DNA of 64,000 nt. Source: an uncultured Arcobacter sp. (GTDB lineage Bacteria > Campylobacterota > Campylobacteria > Campylobacterales > Arcobacteraceae). The stretch lies in contig OZ223302.1 of assembly GCA_965140705.1 (NCBI GenBank), forward strand, positions 32,001-96,000. Reading direction: 5' to 3'. The translations under genes were made by a program, and so were the position numbers. Below are positions 39,630-53,613 of the stretch, in pieces (positions within the stretch are counted from its first letter, which is position 1; the number at the start of each line of letters is the position of its first letter). Under the pieces are notes generated by a model, which had not been told where the DNA came from, did not search any database, and saw only the letters and a list, made by a program, of their open reading frames with translations.

Positions 39630-41277
39630 ACATTATGTTTCTTCAAATGGAATATTTTGCTTTTATGACTTTTTTAATCTTTAAATAAAGGTATCAAGCT
39701 CCTTTTTTTATACCTAAAGAAATTGAATAATAAAAATTAAAGACTAATTTATCCTGCTGAGCTTATTTTGTCATAACTTCAAGTGACTTATTTCTCAGCA
39801 AATTCAAAGCTTAATTTTATCTCCTTGCTTCACGTTCAAACTATATTTTTTTTGCTATTTTTGCTTAGCTATCCAGCATAGTTCCTAATTTGTCTTTCAA
39901 TAAATTGCTTTATGAAAGTACTTTGCTAATAAATTTATTTCCATGAATTCTATTATAATCAATAAAATTTTTCAATTATTCTTCTTATTCTCCAGGATAT
40001 TTGCCTGTAACTAATCTTTGAATATCTTTTAATTTATCCTCATCCTCGCAATTATCGTAAATCTCTTTATAATATGAAATAGCTTTGCTTTTTAATTAAT
40101 TAAATGCATCAGAATGAACAAAATGCTCTTAGTTTTAATTTATATGCAAAAGGCCCAGTTTATACAGTTCACCTATACTCATTCCTTGAATATCCTTAGG
40201 TATTATAATATTTTTAGACTATATATCTCTGCTTTAGTTTTAAAGTGGGGAGGAAAACGAATATGCTGAGGAAAGGTGAAGACTTTCTGATGGTAATTCA
40301 TATTTTTTAGTATTTTAAGTATTTTCAAAATTTAAAGGAGATTCAAAGGGATTTTTTATTTTTTATTTATTTTTTCTATCTAATGAATTATTAACATATG
40401 GGAAATTTTTCATTTCACTATTTTTTTGCATTACTTCTATAGATTTTTATAATTCTTCTTATTATTACTGATATTATTAATGCTTATTCGGGGGACTAAG
40501 ATTAAAAGGTAATTTTAAATTATATAATTATTTAATTGATTTTAAAGCATTTCTTTACATCTAATATATAGACTTTGGTTTGAATTAATTTGCAGTTTAA
40601 ATAGAAATTGGGCTAATAGATTATTAACTTCATGTTAATTAGTTATTAACTTTTTAATTCTAAAATTTTCTACGAATATCAATAATTTTTTTAAGCTTTT
40701 TGTTTTCAATAACTTGCTGTTCGATTTTTTCTTGTTTTATATATTTATCATAAGCATCCTCTTCTTTTGAAACAATATTTCCTCTAAATAATTGATTCAT
40801 TTATTTATTGTTTGTTGACGAAAAATCATTCCACTTATTTTGAGCAGAAAGAGTTAACTTTAAATTCAGTGGCAATCTTTTATAGTTAATAGCTTTATTA
40901 TCTACACAATCTATAAGACCAATTATGTCTTATTATTCAAGATTATTAAATTTTTGCGAACAATCAAGTTATAAAGCTTTTCTTTCCAATTTACGATTTG
41001 AAAGTCTCTAAAGTGTTTAACTTCGGTTTAATAGTAATTCATTAATTTTTCGATTATTATTTAAAGTGTTTTAATTTTCATTATTAAGCCATAATTCATT
41101 TAGATTATCTTTTGCCCGTTTGTTTAAGACTGCTTCAATTCTTTATAATTTTGGAATTTGTTCTGAGGAAAATCCTTTATCTTTAACAGAAATTACAGAT
41201 AAGCATCTTGGAAGTTGAGGTTAAGTTTACTATAATTTCTCACTTGACAATTTCTCAAGCTTTTCTTTTCTAATCAT
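39630..41277 (-). CDS. Hypothetical protein (3' end tentative) with several in-frame TGA(Trp) codons
   Basis: Long, nearly intronless frame from MIRKEKLEKLSS that is only continuous if TGA is sense. Confidence 0.5.
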
Positions 41278-41443
41278 TCAAAATGTATAACTTTATGGAA
41301 TTAAAAAAAACAATTAATAATTAAATAATTTATTTAGAAAAAAACAATTTTTTTAGAGTTTGTCTATATTTAGCAAACTCTTTAAGAATAATTTTTTTTC
41401 TAAATTTTATTAACTATTAATATTACTTTTTATAAATTCAAAA

Positions 41444-42516
41444 ATGTCAAAATAAGAAAAATTTTAAGCAAAATAAAGTAATTAATTTAAAGATAACATT
41501 TAAGTATCCTACCAAATTGGAATAGAGACATTTTCAGAGTTAGAAAACAATTTAGAATTGTTTCAACATGATGGTTTTACTATTTAATTTTACAATTTTA
41601 TCTTTCTATATTTTTAAAATAGATTAGCTTGAATGGAATATGAGTTCTCTTGTAATTTTTATTATCATTATGAAATATTTTATTTATTTTTCTTCTTTTT
41701 TTTAGTAAGATTTCTTAGCTTAAGAAACAGAAAATTTTGATATTCTTTAATGAATCGGAAATGATAAAAATTAAATATAAAAAATTGCTGCTTTATAAGA
41801 TTTCAAATCTATGATTTCCTTTGTTAGCAAGCATTTCAACCCAGAAGATACAATGAATTCTTTGCCATTTCAGAACTCCAAATAAAAATAATCAACAATT
41901 AATGACTAATTAGTTAAAGAATTATAATAGGAATTTCGAAATGAATTTTTGGGGAAAAGAAGTAAAAGTGAAGGAAGCTTGGATGACAGCTTTAGCAATT
42001 TAGAATTGCAGTTAAATGAAGAACAAGAAATGTAGAATCATGAGGGAAGGAATTTTAATTGAAGAAAAGAGTAAAATTCAAATAAAAAATGTAAAAAGCA
42101 GTTGAAAATTCTGAATAATTTTGAAGATAAAATTCATCAAACATCCCAAAGTTTTAATTTTCATTGGTAATTTTTATTAATTAGAAATAAATAAAGAAAA
42201 TATTTGTTCTCATATAAATCAAGAATCGATTGACTCTGAAAAAAATAATTAAATAACTATAAATGATTAAATTATAGAAATGGAAAATAAAACAAAAAAT
42301 TAACAAAAATGCAAATAAAAAAATAAAAAAAAGAATTAAAATTTAAAAAAGAAAATTGGAAACTAATTTAAAGATGAAATTAAAGAATTTGAAGAAAGAA
42401 TGGATCTAATTGCAAAAAAAAATTCAGTAGAAGTTAAAGTAAAACCTAATTTAAGTTAATAATGGTTAGAAAAACTGAAATAATAATTAAATAAAAATAA
42501 ATAAATTAAAATTTGA
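41444..42516 (+). CDS. Hypothetical K/E/N-rich protein
   Basis: Starts MSKQEKFQ; C-terminal DEIKEFEERM ... VKPNLSQQWLEKLK; introns near the 5' end. Confidence 0.55.
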
Positions 42517-42817
42517 TTATTAATAAATATACAATTATTATAAATTTTATTACTAATACAGAAATCCATGCCATACAAAAGGCATTTATAAACCTTAAAA
42601 GAACTATATTTGTTTTGAATTAAATTTTATGAATTGTGAATAAATTGTAAATTAATTGTAAAATTGTCTCGAATTGAAAGAAATAAAAAATAAACTATTT
42701 TCAAACATTAAAATAAAACAATTAAAATTTAGAATTAGTTTAATTTTAAAGGAAATAGGGGTTTAAAATATTTAAAATTTAAAAAAATTTTAAATAAATA
42801 TATTGTGGAATGAATTT

Positions 42818-44960
42818 ATGCCTTCAAAACAAAAAACAAGTTCTCTTAAAAATTTTTAGCTTACTTTTATAGACTTTTGTTTAAAAAAAGCCAAAAAAGG
42901 CATTACAAAATCATTTTCGGAGTATGTTTAATTTAAATTGCATATAATGTATTAAAAATTTGTTTTACTCTTAATAAAATTAGAAAAAAATCCTTTAAAT
43001 GATTTATCAAATGAACTAATTTCAAAAAATAAAAATGAAGTTATAGAAATGAAATTACAGAAAGAAAAATAATTATGCCAAGAATTAGATTAAAAAACGT
43101 AATTTTAAAAAAAAGAATAATAGTAAAAACACTTCTAATAATTATTAAATCCTTAAACTCTTAAGCTAGGGAAAAAAATATAGTTAAGTAATTATTTTTA
43201 ATTTTATGTAAAACTATAAGATTGCTTTAATAAATGAAGAAAGCAGCTATAGGATTGCTTTTTGGCAGAATAACCATTAATAAATATAAATGATTTGTTT
43301 TATATTTTTTTCTTTTAAATTTCTTATTTATTTTTAGGTATTAGCATCCATTATTAGAAAAAATCTTAGGTAATAATTATTCAGTCAAAGAAAAAAAAGA
43401 TCAAGACTCAAATATTTAAATAATCTATAGTCCAGCTGATAATTTTAAAAATAGTAATGAAAATTAAAAATTGATTGATAATTATCAAGAGAAACCTTAT
43501 AAATATGAAATTAATGACCCTAATTTAATTCTAAAATTGTAAAAATAGCTGGAAAAATAATAATTTTAGAAATCAAAATATGATGCAAACTTACAATTTA
43601 ATAATAAAAATTAAAATTTAGAGAAAGTCTAACAAAATTAAAATTAGATGATTCTTTTGCCATTATAAAATATATCAATAGATTAAATTTAAAAGCAATA
43701 TTAAAACAATCTAAATATATAAAATCAAAAATAGTTTTAATAAAGTAGCATTCCCCCATAAGATGATTAAAAGATTCAAGATTTAATTAATATTATATAA
43801 ATCCTTACAAGCCAAGAATAAAAAAAAAATTAATAATAATATACTAATAATTATTCATCATGTTATTAAATCCCTTAATATTAAGAATAAAAACAAAGAA
43901 ATTAATAGAATTAATTGATTTCTATTTTAAAATAATAATACCTACAATAATAATAATAATCTTACTAATAATAATTTGATATTACGAATTTTACTTCTAA
44001 ATTTACATAATAGAATAAAATTAATGAATAATCAAATTACTTTCATTAATTTAATGAAATTATTAATGAAAAAGAGAATCAATCAAATAATTAAAGTTAT
44101 TTTTTCTTATATTAAAATATAATTTAAAGGTTATTTTACTCCTGCTTAGTGTAAATCTAAAAAAATAAAATTTTGTTTTTGAAAATTAGAAATAATATTT
44201 ATATAGATATTTTTTTCTTTTGGAAACTTAAATATATTTTTTTTTAATTCATTTTAATAAATTCTTAATATGCAAATTTCTCTAACTTAGGAAAATTAAA
44301 ATTAGAAAAGCAAAAACTCTACATTTTTGTTCAAATTGCTCCAACAAATTTATATTTGAAGATTAAAAATTATTAGGATTTGCATTAATGATTAGCAATA
44401 TTAATTAAATTAAACTTAGGAAAATAAAAATAATAAACAAATACCTCAACATTTTTGTTCAAAATACATGATTCTAACTAAATTTGATTTAGTTAAAATT
44501 AACTTTCCTAAATATTATCTGTTAAATATTTAAATTAATATAAAACTATTTCTGCTATTTTTTTTTGAATTTTAGTTGAGAAAAAAAATGAAAAAAATTG
44601 TTACTTTCGTCCTTCTCCTTAAAATAAAAAAAAGTAATAATTTCTATATTGTACTAATATTTTTGAATTTTGAAATTAATTTGAAGTAAAACACTTAAAG
44701 AACATTTTGCATTATTAAATGATAATCCATTCAACTGCAATAAATAATTACGATGCAAAAATTCTGAATATTTTAGAGATATTTCATCACTTTTATATGT
44801 TTACTTAATTAATTTTAAATTGCTATATATATATATATATATGCTTGATAAAAATTAAAGGAGTTATGAAATAGAATAGAAACATTTTTTGAGCAGGAAA
44901 GTTTCCTAAAATAATATAAAGGATACATATTCAAGGATTTCCTAAATACATTAATTATAT
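42818..44960 (+). CDS. Q/N-rich hypothetical gene, possibly degenerate at the 3' end
   Basis: Starts MPSKQKTSSL; poly-Q/N middle; scattered HFCSNC-like Cys motifs in inconsistent frames. Confidence 0.35.
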
Positions 44961-45122
44961 TTTTTAAGTTTATTAAACATTTAAAGAAAACATAAATATT
45001 AAATATTATTATATTTTAAATTTTTTGTTTTTCTTGTAGAAATTAGCATTTGCTTAATATTATATATATAAGAACCATTTAATATCATAAAATTAGAATG
45101 AATTTAAATTAAAAAAAAATTA

Positions 45123-47431
45123 ATGACATAATAATAAGTGCCAGCACAGCGTAAAAAAGGAAGGCCAAGAAAAAACCCTATAAATGAATAAAAGTAATAA
45201 AAAGCAGCTGATAAATTAACTTAAAAATAAGCAAACAGTGCCAAAATTAAAACAAGTGCAAATCCAGGGAATAAATAAGTTCAAACATCAAAAGTGTCAA
45301 ATAATTAAACACAAGACGGAAACCAAGCTGCAACGAAATCCGATATTCTTTTTAAAAAAATTAGTGAAAGATTTTTAATCTATATGAAAAATTAATTGGG
45401 AGCTGGAGCATTTTCATCTGTTGTACAAGCTATCGACCTGCATAAGCCTAAACTCTAATTAGTAGCAAAAATAATTCTTCCCGAAAAATATAAAGGTAAT
45501 ATTCATATTATACTTAATTAAACTATATTTTTTGAAAAGATTACTACCGAAAACTTTAAATTGAATGCGAAATTGCTTGCCTAAAGCAATTTAACCAATT
45601 TACTCAGGATGGGTATCCTTATTTTTCAATCTTTCATGAGACATGTCTTACAAAAAATGCTTTCTACATTCTGCAGCCTTAGATCTTTGGGGAGAATTTA
45701 AAGATTCTTCTGGAACGAAGGAAAAGCTTTTCTTAAGATGAAGTGTTCATAATAGGCCTACAACTAGCAAGAGCTATAAAAATAATGGCCGAAAATGGTA
45801 TAATCCATAGGGATATCAAGCCAGCCAATATTATGATGAATTCTAATTATTCAATTAAGATTTGTGATCCTGGAGTGAGTATAATCCTATATGATACACT
45901 GAAGGATAAATTGAAGAAAATTATTAAGGATGGTTGGAAAAATACAAAGCCCTATACTTCGAAATGTAATTATGCAGGGTCACCTGATTATATTGCACCA
46001 GAAATCAAGGAAGGAACCTTTTCTTTAGAAGGAAAATCAGATGTTTATTCATTTTCTATTGTGATTATTGAGCTATTGTTTGGGAGGAATTCAATGAGGC
46101 AGAGGATGAAAGAATATAATGATAAAATTACTAAGGATAAAAATAATAATAATCCTATTAAATTTTTTGATGATAAGAATCAACCAGATGGGTTAAATAG
46201 TTTTTGGATTGATTTAATAGATGATACTATTTAAAAGAAGTTTTTGAATCGGCTAAATCCCTTTGAATTAGTCAGTAGATTTTATAATAAATTAAATGAA
46301 CGATCATTAAATAATCTGATTAATCTTCATTAATTATCTGCTGCGAAATAAACTGATTATTTATTATACCTATTCTCTGAATTCACCTTAAAGCTGGAAT
46401 ATTAAAATTTCAAATGGTTTGAGGAATTACGAAAAATAAAATCCAACGTGAGTGAAAATGAATAAAAAGAGTTTACTGAAAAAGAAACTATGCAATACTT
46501 TACAATTTCCGAACTCTAATAAAAATGTAATACTTCAATTAATGAATTAAAAGCAAGTTTTTCTAACATTGTTTCATCTTATTTTTACTAAATCCTTTTT
46601 TATTTTGAGATGCTTAAAGCATTTGAAGTTGACATTGTTTAAACTAAAATTAAAGCCTCATGCGACTTACAATATCAAGTATTTAAAATAATAATAATAA
46701 AACTTCTTGAATTCAGGATTAATACTTTAATGGAATCCTTACATTCTTATGATAAATCAAATACAAACTTAGTCAAGATGTATTATAATGAAGAGTGTGA
46801 GGAATTGATAGAAAATTGCAAATGAAAGAAAGTAATGGTAAAATTTACTAATTAAATCTCCCTAGTCCTTTAAAAAATAAACAAGATTAATCTTAAAAAT
46901 CTTTATGAAAATTATCCTGATTAAAAATTACATTTTTACAAAGTATAAGGAATTCAGGAGATCTTAAACCTTAAAATGTGGATCACCAACTCAAATGAAT
47001 AATTTTAGGATCTATATATTTAAGGCGCTTACTTTTTTTATTAAAGAATTATTGAATGGAATGATACAAATGAACTTGCATTTTAAAAATTAAAGATTTT
47101 TATCTTGTATTCTATCAATCTATTTGAAAATATTTACAAATTAGGAAATAATAATCAATATTTCACTAATCCTATTTCAGCATTTTCTAAGCTTTTTTAG
47201 CATTTTAATTAGGGAAAGGCTTCATTTGCATAGGATGATCATCCTATTGAACCTATCATTTGCTAGTAATTCAAAAATCTAACTAGAATCTAATAAAGCA
47301 ATTCAATTTCTACCGCAGATACTTTCTTGAGTAGTTAATAAAATTTGGAGACAGAAAATTGCAATGTGTTTGAGAAGCTGGCTTTTAAAGTAGAAATGGA
47401 GATTGAAAAAGTCAAATCAGAGACAAAATGA
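45123..47431 (+). CDS. Ser/Thr protein kinase with N-terminal AT-hook, DPG in place of DFG, and long helical C-terminal tail
   Basis: RKKGRPRKNP; LGAGAFSSV; VAKII; HRDIKPANIMM; KICDPGVS; AGSPDYIAPE; SDVYSFS; one intron at ~45496-45539. Confidence 0.88.
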
Positions 47432-47668
47432 AAATTATTATATCTATAAAGTTTTATTAATTTAATTTTTGTAAATAATAAATTTTGGCTTTAAATTATT
47501 TCAAATTTCATTTATTATTTTATAATTAAAACAATTTAAAAAATTGAATTTTTTTTAAAAATTTAAATAAATATAAAATTATGAATATTTACAGAAAAAT
47601 TTTTTATCAAATAAGAATTCATAATTTTTAATACTTATTAAAACCTAAAATTTCGGAAACCGAATAAA

Positions 47669-48019
47669 ATGGAGCAAAAAAAATTGATTGTCCCAGAAAC
47701 AAATAAGTTGTAAATCTCAGGATTTCACGATGTTCGTTATTTCATGTTCATGGCTAAGATCTACCTGAAGAAATTTAAAGAAGTAGAGCTCCATGCGCTT
47801 GGTGAGGCAATTTCTACTTGTGTTCGCACTGCTGATGCCTTAAAAAAACAATAGCTTATTGCAATTGAAAAAATATCAACGTTTGCTTTTAACCCTGATA
47901 AGAAGGAAGGATAAACTGAAACTGGAGAAGAAGGAAAAATGGAACGCAAAAAAATTAAGATGGTTATTAGAGTTTAAAGATCTGCTGATTTTTTGGAGAA
48001 AACTAAAAATATTGATTGA
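47669..48019 (+). CDS. Alba-domain DNA/RNA-binding protein
   Basis: NKLQISG ... FMAKIYLKKFKEVELHALGEAISTCVRTADAL ... IEKIST ... KIKMVIRVQRSADF; intronless. Confidence 0.85.
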
Positions 48020-48306
48020 AGTTGAAGAAAATTTTCAAAATCCATTAAATTTAAATTACAATTTTAAAGTTCAAGTTTAAATAATTATTCTATAATTTAA
48101 ATGGTATTTTTTTTGTAACTAGTTTTCATTGCCTTATTTTCTTTTAATTTTAATGACTCTTTATTAATTCAAAATAATTTATTTCAAAAAAAAAATACTT
48201 AATACAATCTAAAAAAAGAGTATTCTTCAGAAATATATATTTCTTTAGTAATATATATTTATTATTGAAACTAATTTATATTATATAACATTATATATAA
48301 AAAATC

Positions 48307-51300
48307 TCACTATCCATTTTATTGAGCTCCATTATTATTATTATTATTAATTTTCATATTTTACATTTCAAGCATCATTACTTAATTTTTAATAATTGTT
48401 ACAGTTTCATTTGAATCTCTTTAAATTAACGAAATATCCACCTCTGTATCCTCTTCAGGAATTTATTCAAGTACTTTAAATTTTTAACTTGGCAATAATT
48501 TCACCTTTTAAGCAAAACTTTTTCTTTAAAAAAAAATAAACCTAAAGAGCTTGCAAAGCATTTTCCTACATTTCCTTATTTTCAATTTTCTTACTAATAT
48601 TCATAGCTTGCTTCATATATAATCTTAAACTATCCATTAAAGAAGGACGAAATGATTTGACAGCCAAATATCATAACAAATCCAATGAAAACAATACAAT
48701 TACCTCCAGAAAACAAGTAGAATAAAACAGGAAGCTTTATAGCATCATCCATGAGACACCCTAAACTTTACCAAAAGAACTTAAATTATTACTCACTGCA
48801 AAATAGCCTAAATAGAATAAAGAACTTAATGGTAGGATTGCAATTCAGGTTAAAAACCACCAGTATCGAGTATAAATTGCAATCTTTAAATCCACTACCA
48901 TTACTATTGAGGTAAAGTAAGTGACACTGAAACTCCAGAGATCTGAATTATAACCATCAATACTGATTACACCATATCTAAAGACACCAAAAGTTATTAT
49001 AAAAAGAATAATTGCTTAGAAAACAGCAGTGCCAACCCAGAATGCAAAATTTTTTAAATTAAAAATAGTTTTGCCTTATCCAATATAATATATTTTAGCT
49101 AAATTTCTTTAAATATAATCGCACCTTATAGTTTTTAAAGGTAAATTAAAATTCTCTTCAACAATTTCTCCTTTTTAATTGACTGTTTTTAATGTTTCAT
49201 AATGGACATCCTAATCAGTAATAGCCCTAATAGTTAAAGGCAATGCAGTAAAGAACATATTATATAAGGAAATATACCAATCATCAAATATTGTTTAGCC
49301 ACTGTAAGCACAAACAAAAGCAAAAAAAAACTAGGGAATAGTAAAAATGATATTTTTATAAAAAAAATAAAGAATCATCTCAGCAATTCTTCTATAATTC
49401 CATCGTCCATGCAAGAAGATTAACCTTCAGAGACATCTAAATTCTCCAATTGCGAAATCGCTTGCTTAAACTGCGCGCATTCCTTCATTTCCAAAGACTC
49501 CAACGCCAATATCTGCCTCTTAGATCATATTCACATCATTTGCTCCATCGCCTATTGCAAGGGTCATTTTATTTTTTTTAAGTCTGACTAATCGGACCAT
49601 TTAAGCTTTTTATTTTGGGGTACTACGACATAATACTACTGCTTCACTATTGACAGCCATTTCAAGAAATTGATCCTATAACAGTGGGTTTTGTAAAATG
49701 AGACCAAGACATTCTCCATCGACTAGTAGACCCTTTTTTTTGTTATTTTAAATGCAGAGAGAAAAAATATCTTAGAGTTACATCAGTTTAGATTGAATGT
49801 CTTGAATGTTTTTGACATCTAATTAAAGGATCTGCATTTCTTAGATAAATAGTTTGCAACTACGAGCAATATTTTCAGCTGTTTCCATTTTATCTCCTGT
49901 AAGCATTCATACTTTAATATCTTATAAACACTTCATTAAAAAATATCAATTAACTTGCACGTAAAAAATCATTTATTGTTTAAGGAACATTATCTTATAG
50001 TTTATCTTCAATAGCAGAACATCCAATTAATAAAAAATTTCTCTCAATTTGCTCTGCATATTCCTCTTAAAAAAGATATTTAATTTAAATAAGTAATTTA
50101 TTTACATATTTTTTAATCCCTGTTTTCCATATTAATAAAATTTGCTAAATTCTAATTAATTTCTTGATAATCTTCTTCACTTAAATACTTCATTCCCATG
50201 CAAAGCGTTCTTAACCCTTATTTTGAATAATCATCAATCTTAAAACGAATCTTCTATATAAAGGGTTGCTTTACTTTTCTCAGACGCTATAATATTACGT
50301 TATCCGCCCCTTTTATATACATTTTAATCACTTATTCATCCCTTACAATTACTGACATTCTCTTTCTATCGCTATTGAATTCAAAAAGCTAAAGTAATTC
50401 TAATTATTTCTATTAACCAAAAACATCCAGTTAAATAAATCCTTTAGTATTTCCAAGGTATTTATACCCAATATTCTTAGCAGCATCAACCAATGTAATT
50501 TCATCAGGTGAAGGGCCTTAATAATATATTTCATTTTCTACTTCCTCAATTATACATTCATGGCAACAAGCAATGCATTGCCAAAACTCTTTAACTAAAA
50601 TTGTAAATTCTGGGACAATTTCATCGATTTAAGTAATTCCCTTTATTTAGGATTACTCTTGTAATAAATTTTGTAATTTATCATCCTTAAAGGAAAACAT
50701 CACATCCGATTTTTCAAAGACTATTGAATCTCTTTTGCTCATTTATTTCATTGCTTTGCTAATAGTGGGTTTTCTTTCTCGATTTTCTGCTTCCCCAAAA
50801 CATTAATTTCCAATAGTAACATACCGGAATTCCATTTTATTACAAGTTAGAGTGCCTGTCTTATCGCTAAAAATATATTCAACCTAGCCTAAATCCTCAT
50901 TAATAGAACAAGACATTACTTTTACATATTAATCCTTTTCTTTTGTATACATTTCATAGTCCCAACTTAAAAAATAAGCTTAAATTACTTTCACTATTTC
51001 TAATGTAACAATTAATGAAATTGGCAGCATTGTATTTAATAATAAAACATAAGTCCAAAACACTAAAAACACATCAAATCCTTTATTACTTTCCTATTTA
51101 AGGTAATAATGCCCTGAAAGATCCTTGAATTCAAAGACAAGGAGTCCAATAACTGGAACTAAGCATAATATAAATTAAACAACTAAAATTCCAATAATAA
51201 TTAAATTAGTAATCCTTTCAATTCCAGAAACCTTTGCCTTAGCTTTTTCAGCATTACGCATAATCTTTGTATCTAATCCCGTATAAACAACCGTTCCTGC

Positions 51301-52095
51301 AATTCATTTTGTATTTCGAAGTACTGCTCCCCTCAGAAGCAATTACTTTTAATTTAATAGGATTGGCTTTTTATCAATTTCAATGCTACCTTCAAAATTG
51401 TACAGGAGTTAATCAGGTTTTTAAGCAAAAAATTTAGAATTTTCTAGTAATTCTTAGTTAATTGTTATTTAATTATTTTGCTTATTTCAATCTATGCATT
51501 CTACACTTTACTTTACTGCTGATTTTATCTTTAATGCTTTTTCGCCATCTAAACTACAGGTTTCAACAAAACAAATTCCATCAGTTTTATCACTACTTGC
51601 AAGAAGTATTAAATCAGCAGGAAAACCTTCATCACTTTAAACAATTATAATGTCTCCAACTTCGACATCTCTTCATAATTTGTCCTTTATTTTGGCTTCA
51701 TTTTTTCCTGCTTTTATTAATACTTTACATTAACTTCTATTAAGCAATTCATCAGTTTTATGTCTTTAATAATCTTCTAGTCCTTCTCTCAACATACTTA
51801 ATGATAAAACAAAAATCAATGGCATTACAGCAGTCACTGGAGTTAAAGGACTAATAGCTGGGATGCATTATAAAATAGCTGTAATCAAGAAATAAATATT
51901 CGCATACCGACGAAATTAAATTAATAAGGATTTTACAAAAAAATTGGTTGCAGTATATTTAGAAGTCTTAATATAGTTAGAAGGGAAAGAAAGGTTTGCA
52001 ATATCATCGGAAAGAGATAAAAAGAAAGTTCGCGTTCCTATTGATTAGGAAATTCGTTTGGGCTTTAAATTAAAGCATAAGCATTTTCTTTCCAT
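48307..52095 (-). CDS. P4-type ATPase (phospholipid flippase)
   Basis: [27 protein letters not shown] actuator region, [10 protein letters not shown](TGA)[40 protein letters not shown](TGA)[28 protein letters not shown]. Confidence 0.96.
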
Positions 52096-52449
52096 TAATT
52101 TTTTATTTTATTGAATTAATTTTAAAAATAGTATTAATACTTTATAAAGAATTAGTAATTTTTTTTTTCAAAATAAAATTAGAATAGCAAATAGTTTTAA
52201 AACAATTCACAAAATAATTACCCAGCATTTTAATATAAAATGATAAATAATAATAAGAAATTTTAGTACCCAAAAATAAATAGATAACTTAAAATTTTCA
52301 ATTTCTTTTAAGATAGTGAAAAAATTAAATTCATTTAAAAAAAAGGAAATATAATTTAAATTTAAATGCTTTAAAAACACACTGTGTTTATTTCTATTAT
52401 CACTCTTTTTTACCATTTTTTTAATCTTAGTAATCTGAAAAAAAGTGAT

Positions 52450-53297
52450 CAGTATTGATAATTTAAGATTATTAATTGTTTTTATTGTCTATTTATCTGA
52501 AGTAATATTAAAAAATTATGAAATTATTTATTACTAAATAGTAATTTTTATAATTTCCTATGAGGCTAAATTTTCTTATTATTACTCCACTTTAATTAAT
52601 TAAATTTAAGGTTAATCTTATTTAGCAATGTAGGAATAAAATCTATTTTTAATGCTGTTTTCACTGCGATTCATTAATTTTCCAATGAAACTCCAGTGTT
52701 TACCATATTAATGTCATAGCTGATTCAGCTGCTAATCTTCTTCATCACTGAATTTGTTTTTATTTATTCCAGGCCTTAAGAAAAAATTAAAAATACAAAA
52801 ATAAATTAAAAAAATTTAATTAAAATTATAAAAACTTTCTAATCAAAAATATGAAGAGAAAACTATTTGATTTTAAAAAAAAATTAAAAAGAAAGAATAG
52901 CTATAAACCAATACCTTATTTTATTGAGATATCTCTCTCGAATCTATTTATTTAACTTATTTTCAAAGAATTATTCCAGCAATTTCCATTTTTAACCTTA
53001 CAAATAATGCAATTAAAGAAAGTTCAATCAACCATACTCATTCACCAATTCTAATAAGAGTTCATCCTATTGTTTTGTGAATTTTGCCTAAATATTTTGA
53101 TGTTATTCCCCTTTGATTTTTGACCAACGTAAGGAGCAAGATAGTGGTGATCGATTTACTAAGCAAGAGGATATGGCCTTCCAATTTTTGGCTTTATATT
53201 CAATCACTTTTTCTATTAATTTTTAATCCTCTTCTGGTGTCCAAAAATTAGTATATGGGCTTTTAATTTAGTTGTACTTTTAAAGAGCTTTTTTCAT
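52450..53297 (-). CDS. Three-repeat Myb-like transcription factor (3' end approximate)
   Basis: FWTPEEDQKL ... NWKAIS ... CSLRW; KFTKQQDELL ... GQKW ... QIRERYLN; KFSDEEDQQL ... GKHWSFIG ... RSENSIKNRFYS. Confidence 0.88.
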
Positions 53298-53613
53298 TTT
53301 TTTTAAAAAGTTTATTTATTTTTTATTTAACACTTATTCAGAGTTTTATGAAATCTGAAATCTTGTTAAATAAAATTCAAAATTATAAAAATTTTTTAAG
53401 CCAATAAATATAAATCTATTTGATTTTAAAAAAAAATAAAAAAAAAAAAAATTATGAATAAAATGAAAATTGTAATTTTATTGCAATTTTAAATTTATTT
53501 TAAAGAAAAGGAATAAATCTTTAATATTCAATACTCAAATTTTTAAATTTAAAATATTTAAACTTATTATTTTTAAAGATAATTAGCAAAATTTATACAA
53601 TTGTATGATTTTT

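Noticed and set aside
48307..52095. Internal TGAs as pseudogene lesions, selenocysteine or Cys
   Set aside because: They align to conserved Trp in several unrelated intact genes, with no accompanying frameshifts, and none are at redox Cys sites.
52863..53437. 22-nt direct repeat ctatttgattttaaaaaaaaat in the Myb long intron (52863) and upstream region (53416)
   Set aside because: Mostly homopolymer, so a chance match in such AT-rich DNA cannot be excluded.
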